Shown: piece by piece, positions 59,061-64,000 of the stretch
How the letters are laid out: each line of letters opens with the position of its first letter
Position numbering within the stretch: position 1 is the first letter of the stretch
NCBI GenBank assembly: GCA_038087875.1
Contig: CM075993.1
Span: forward strand, 6,636,001-6,700,000
DNA length: 64,000 nt
Direction: 5' to 3'
Origin: Malacoraja senta
Lineage: Eukaryota
Made by a program: the position numbers and the translations under genes
The notes under the pieces: model-generated
Databases searched by the model: none
Seen by the model: only the letters and a program-made list of their open reading frames with translations
What the model was told of the DNA's origin: nothing

Positions 59061-60818
59061 CCCTCTTCATTTTGTGTCTGTCGGGTTATCTCCCTGCTTC
59101 AGCAACCTGGAGGTGCAGTGCATTGGAGATTCCGATATCCCATTTACTAAGTGGACTGCATTGTTCTCTGTGACATTGGGTGGCACGGTGGCACAGCTGG
59201 TCGACCTGCTGCCTCGCAGCACCAGAGACCCGAGTTTGATCCTGACCTTAGGTGCTGTGTGTGTGGAGTTTGCACGTTCTCCCTGCGACTGCGTGGGTTT
59301 CCTCTGGTTTCCTCCCACAGTTCAAACCCGTGCGGGTTTGTAGGCTAATTGGCCCTCTGTAAATTACCCCCCGTGTCTAGGGAGTGGATGAGAAAGTGGG
59401 ATAACATAGAACTAGTGTGAATGGGTGATCGATAGTTGACGTGGGCCAAAAGCCCTTTATTCTAGCAGTATCTCCATCAGACCAGTTATATCTTTGCTAC
59501 AAATGTTGTACCCTTTAACCTTTAACTGTGCGCTGTGATCAACCGGGTTGTATTCATATATAGTCTGTTCTTTGGTTGAACAGCACACAAACAAAAGCTT
59601 TACACTGTACCTCGGTGACAATAATAAACCTTAATTAAACTATCTTTCAATCGATCAAGTTGTGAGGGTGACAGAGATGGCTATCTTTGTAACACTTGAT
59701 GAATGACTCTCTATTTCATTGTTAAGCTTGAAACGCCTGGCGTTATGAGCTGCCAGAGGAGGTGGTTGAGGCAAGTACTATAACAATATTTAATAGATAT
59801 TTGGACAGGATCATGGATAGGGAAGGTTAGAGTGATTTGGCCAAATATGGGCAGGTGGGACTAGTGTAGATGAGGCATCTTGGTTGGCATGGGCAAGTTG
59901 GGCCGAAAGGCCTATTTCCGTGCCGTATGACACAGTAGTGTCATGGAGCTAGCTGAGATAATGCCAATCCTGACCTCCAGTGCTGTCCAAGTGGAGTTTG
60001 CAGGTTCACCCTGTCTCCTCTGGGTGCTCCAGTCTCTCCCCCCTTCCCCCCCCCCCCCCCCCACATGCCAAGGATGAGCATGTTGATCGATTAATCAGCC
60101 AGTGTAATCTGCTCCAACCGTGCAGGAGAAGGCAGGAACCCAGGGGGGAAATGTGTGGGGATTGACGGATTACAGGAAAGGTTAGCGGGGAACGGGACCA
60201 CTGTGTGTGTCAGCATAGACTCGATGGGCCGAAAGGTCAGGAGGAAAAATGGAGGTCACTATTTACTGATCTCAAAGTAGGAAGTCCTGCGTGGTTCCTT
60301 ATTGTCAACCTGGACTTTCCCTTGGGACTGGGCTATAACCTATCGGTGTGAACATTGAATTCTCCAATTTTAGGTAATATTCACCTCTATTTTCCTCCCT
60401 TCTGTTTTTCCATTATCCCTCCCGCAATTCCCATCCATTGCTCCCGCTATTCTGCCCCTCTCCCCCCCTCCTCCCACCCACCCTCCATCCACTTCCACGT
60501 TTATCCCTCTGGCTTTAAATTGCACTTCTCTGCTTTATCTGACACCCTTTAGTCTCCTTTTTATTTCTAGTCTTTGTCTACCCATTTACCAGTCAATCCC
60601 CTCCTCACCTGTATCCACCTATCACTTGCCTGCCTTTGTCCTGCCCCCAAGTCTCCTTTCCAGCATTCTTCCCCCCAACTACAATCAGTTTGAAGAAGGG
60701 TCTCGACGTGAAATGTCACCCATTTCTTCTCTCCAGAGATGCTGCCTGGAGATGCTGCCTGGAGATGCTGCCTGATCCAGCATGTTGTATCTATCTTCGA
60801 TTTAAATCAGCATCTGCA

Positions 60819-61133
60819 GTTTAGTTTAGTTTAGTTTACAGATACAGCACGGAAACAGGTCCTTCGGCCCACCGGGTCCGCGCCGACCAGCGATCCCCGC
60901 ACATTAACTCTATCCTACACCCACTAGGGACAATTTTTATATTTACCAAGCCAATTAACCTACAAACCTGTATGTCTTTGGAGTGTGGGAGGAAACTGAA
61001 GATCTCGGAGAAAACCCACGCAGGTCACGGGGAGAACGTACAAACTCCGTACAGGCAGCACCCGTACTCGGGATCGAACCCGGGTCTCCGGCGCTGCATT
61101 CGCTCTAAGGCAGCAACTCTACCGCTGCGCCAC
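60819..61133 (-). mobile_element. V-SINE copy
   Basis: Reverse-strand copy with (TTTAG)n tail. Confidence 0.85.
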
Positions 61134-61876
61134 ACTGACTGCCCTACACATGCTGCCTAACCCGCTGAGTTCCTCCAGCACTTTGTGTTTTGCTCAGATT
61201 CCAGCACCTGCAGTTCCTGGAGTCATAGAGCCAAACAGTGTGGAAACCGGCCCCTCGGCCCAGCCTGGCCCGCATTGACCAGCCCATACCCCATCTACAC
61301 TAGTCCCACCTGCCTGACCCCGCTGAGTTACTCCAGCACTTTGTGTCTATCTTTGGTGTAAACCAGTTCTTTGTTTCTACATTTTATATATATTTCAGAG
61401 TCCGTGTCCCCATAGTAACTACTTGTACTGTGCAGGTAGACACTGGGGGGGTTTGTGTGTGAAACTGATGCTCATTTAATACACATCTCAGTGTCGTTCT
61501 TCCTTAAGGATGGTCCAGGAACGGAACCGTGATGAGAGGCCCTGGGGTTAAATCACTCCATCAGTTTTTTAGGATGATCTGGTCATTTAGAGTCATGGAG
61601 TCATACAGAGTGGAAACAGGCCCTTCAGCCCAACTTGCCCATGCCGACCAACATGCCCCATCTACACCTGTCCCACCTGCCTGCGTTTGGTCCACGTCCC
61701 TCTAATCCTGTCCTATCCGTCTACCTGTCGAAATGTTTCTTCAACGTCCGTGCCTCCTATCCCAGGGCACGATGCGTACTGAAGAATAAAAAGATCTGAA
61801 GAATACAAAGGAAATGCTGGGCAGCTAATCTACTGATTCATTCTCTCTGTAACTGAGACACCGAAAAGAAAACCGT

Positions 61877-62442
61877 GGGCAGCCACGGTGTGGCGCAGCG
61901 GTAGAGTTGCTGCCTTACAGCGCTTGCAGCGCCGGAGACCCGGGTTCGATCCCGACTACGGGTGCTGCCTGTACGGAGTTTGCGCGTTCCCCTCGTGACC
62001 TGCGTGGGTTTTCTCCGAGATCTTCGGTTTCCTCCCGCGCTCCAGAGACGCACAGGTGTGTAGGTTAAGTGTTTAGGAAGGAACTGCAGATGCTGGAAAA
62101 TCCCAGGTAGACAAAAATGCTGGAGAAACTCAGCGGGTGCAGCAGCATCTATGGAGCGAAGGAAATAGGCAACGTTTTGGGCCGAAACCCTACCGGGTTT
62201 CGTCCCGAAACGTTGCCTATTTCCTTCAGGGTTTCGGCCCGAAACGTTGCCTATTTCCTTCGCTCCATAGATGCTGCTGCACCCGCTGAGTTTCTCCAGC
62301 ATTTTTGTGTACCTGGTGTGTAGGTTAATTGATTTGGTGTGTGTAGGGTTAGCGTTCGTGTGTGGGGATTGCTGGTCGGTGCGGACTTGATGGGCCAAAG
62401 GGCCTGTCTCCGCACTGTATCTCTAAACTAAACTAAACTAAA
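61877..62442 (+). mobile_element. V-SINE interrupted by a Penelope-derived palindrome
   Basis: SINE halves rejoin across the 14-bp duplication GGTGTGTAGGTTAA. Confidence 0.85.
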
Positions 62443-63300
62443 GATGGCTTGACTATGCCCCTGGAACATGAAGGGTATCTTCATGCGCGGTTTCCAAAGG
62501 CAAGTGTTAAAGAGAAGCTCGACTTCACTTCTAATGAGCTGATATCCTCCTGGCATTTGTTCTCCTTTAGATGTTGTGGTGTCGTATGTACCCGGTATGG
62601 ATGACGACCTGGTTTTTGCCTCCCATTCTGGAGGTCACCTACTGTCGCTAGCAGCAGCATCAGCTGCAACAGATGTCATCATATGCAACTCCTGTCAAAC
62701 AGTGCTTGCTTAATGCTTCTCTAAATAGGCGGCGAGTGACACACGCCTTACTCTCCCGCTCAACCAGAACGCTGTCCTCCATGAGGTCAGAGAGTCAGAG
62801 TGCCGAGCAGCACGGAAACAGACCCATGTCCCTCTATCCATGTACCTGTCCACATATCTTCTAGATGGCGCAGCGGTAGAGTTGCTGCCTTACAGCGCTT
62901 GCAGCGCCAGAGACCCAGGTTCGATCCCGACTACGGGTCCTGTCTGTATGGAGTTTGTACGTTCTCCCCGTGACCTGCCTGGGTTTTCTCCAAGATCTTC
63001 GGTTTCATCCCACACTCCAAAGACGTACAGGTTTGTAGGTTAATTGGCTTGATATAAGTGTAAATTGTCCCTAGTGTGTGTGGGATAGTGTTAATGTGCG
63101 GGGATCGCTGGTAGGTGCGGACTCGGTGGGCCGAAGGGCCTGTTTCCACGCTGTATCTCCAAACTATACTAAAAATATTGCGGTAGTTCCAGTCTCAAAT
63201 ACCTCCACTGGCAGTTCCCTCCATGTACCCACCACCCTCTGTGTGAAAAAGTTACCCCTCAGGTTCTTATTAAATCGTTCCTCTCTCATCTTAAACCTAA

Positions 63301-64000
63301 CGGGCCTGTCACACTTGGGCGACCTAACCCGCGAGTCCAGAAGAGTGTCTTCGACCTTCAAGCTCAAGGGGCACTCGCCTGGAAAGCCTCGAGCTGGATC
63401 GACCGGCCACGTTGAAACCGCGAGCTGGATCGAGCGAACCGCGAGCTGCATCTACCGCACGCACACACACACACAAGCACATCGTGAAGGTGGGGGCCAG
63501 GGAAAGCGGAGGAGCGTTGTCTGCGCGATGAAGAGGCAGGAAAACGGCTGCCACAGTAACGGTAAGTCCTTTGGAGAGCGCGGAAGGGGGGGGAGAGAAG
63601 GGGGGGGGAGAAGGGGAGGAGAAAGGGGGGGAGAAGGGGGGGAGAAGGGGGGGGGGGGAGAAGGAGTGGAGACACTTTTAAGAAGTATAATAAAGTTTAG
63701 CGGGCATTTTACCTTCCGGTAGGTCTTCCTTGGTCCTGAAAACTCCAATGAGCCAATCAAAATGCCCGGTCAGCGAAGGAGATTGCCCTCGACTGCCTGT
63801 AAGTAAATAGCGACCCCACTCCACTGCACTACGAGTTAAAAAGACCCATGCCCACCAAATTTTACTTGCGGAAAATTTTTCAATATCCGGGAAAATCTTT
63901 CCGCGACCTAGCTGAGGCCGCGTGTAGGCGGGAACTTCCCTCGAGCATGCAGGAGAGTTCCAGCGAACTCATAGGACCTCCTAGGACCACGTGTCGACCA
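63301..64000. mobile_element. Harbinger-type element cut by the window end
   Basis: TIR-like CGGGCCTGTCACACTTGGGCGACCTAA after TAA inside a CR1 fragment; the last ~60 nt resemble the reverse complement of about 56985-57035. Confidence 0.75.

Noticed and set aside
63580..63665. G-run tract with G-quadruplex potential
   Set aside because: Low-complexity tract inside a transposon; homopolymer lengths are error-prone and there is no functional context.
53131..64000. Further upstream ALPK3 exons
   Set aside because: No ALPK3-like coding segment was recognised; the region appears to be one long repeat-filled intron, though a small divergent exon could be missed.

Overview
Eukaryotic, repeat-rich genomic DNA, most likely from a cartilaginous fish such as a skate or ray (inferred from V-SINE/HE1-like SINEs plus CR1, Rex1-like and Penelope remnants). 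It holds two convergent multi-exon genes, both lacking their 5' ends. On the + strand are the last 12 coding exons (93-17693, 466 aa) of a concentrative Na+/nucleoside cotransporter at the SLC28A1/2-type locus. On the - strand are the last 9 coding exons (53130-38161, 1208 aa) of alpha-protein kinase 3 (ALPK3). All exons were assembled by eye with GT-AG boundaries and consistent phases. Most ORFs in the supplied track are repeat-derived noise. Main observations: (1) an abundant ~125-nt Penelope 3' module that begins with a minimal hammerhead-ribozyme core and inserts as a fold-back palindrome or half copy with 8-14 bp target-site duplications (TSDs); (2) a diverse PIF/Harbinger-type MITE (miniature inverted-repeat element) group with shared termini, two copies of which hit the same site in that module; (3) an ALPK3 kinase domain that has lost the metal-binding Asp but keeps residues human ALPK3 lost; (4) CNT3-like selectivity residues in a CNT1/2-like transporter; (5) a decayed U6 snRNA copy. 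Comparisons with human proteins and U6 are from memory and need alignment.
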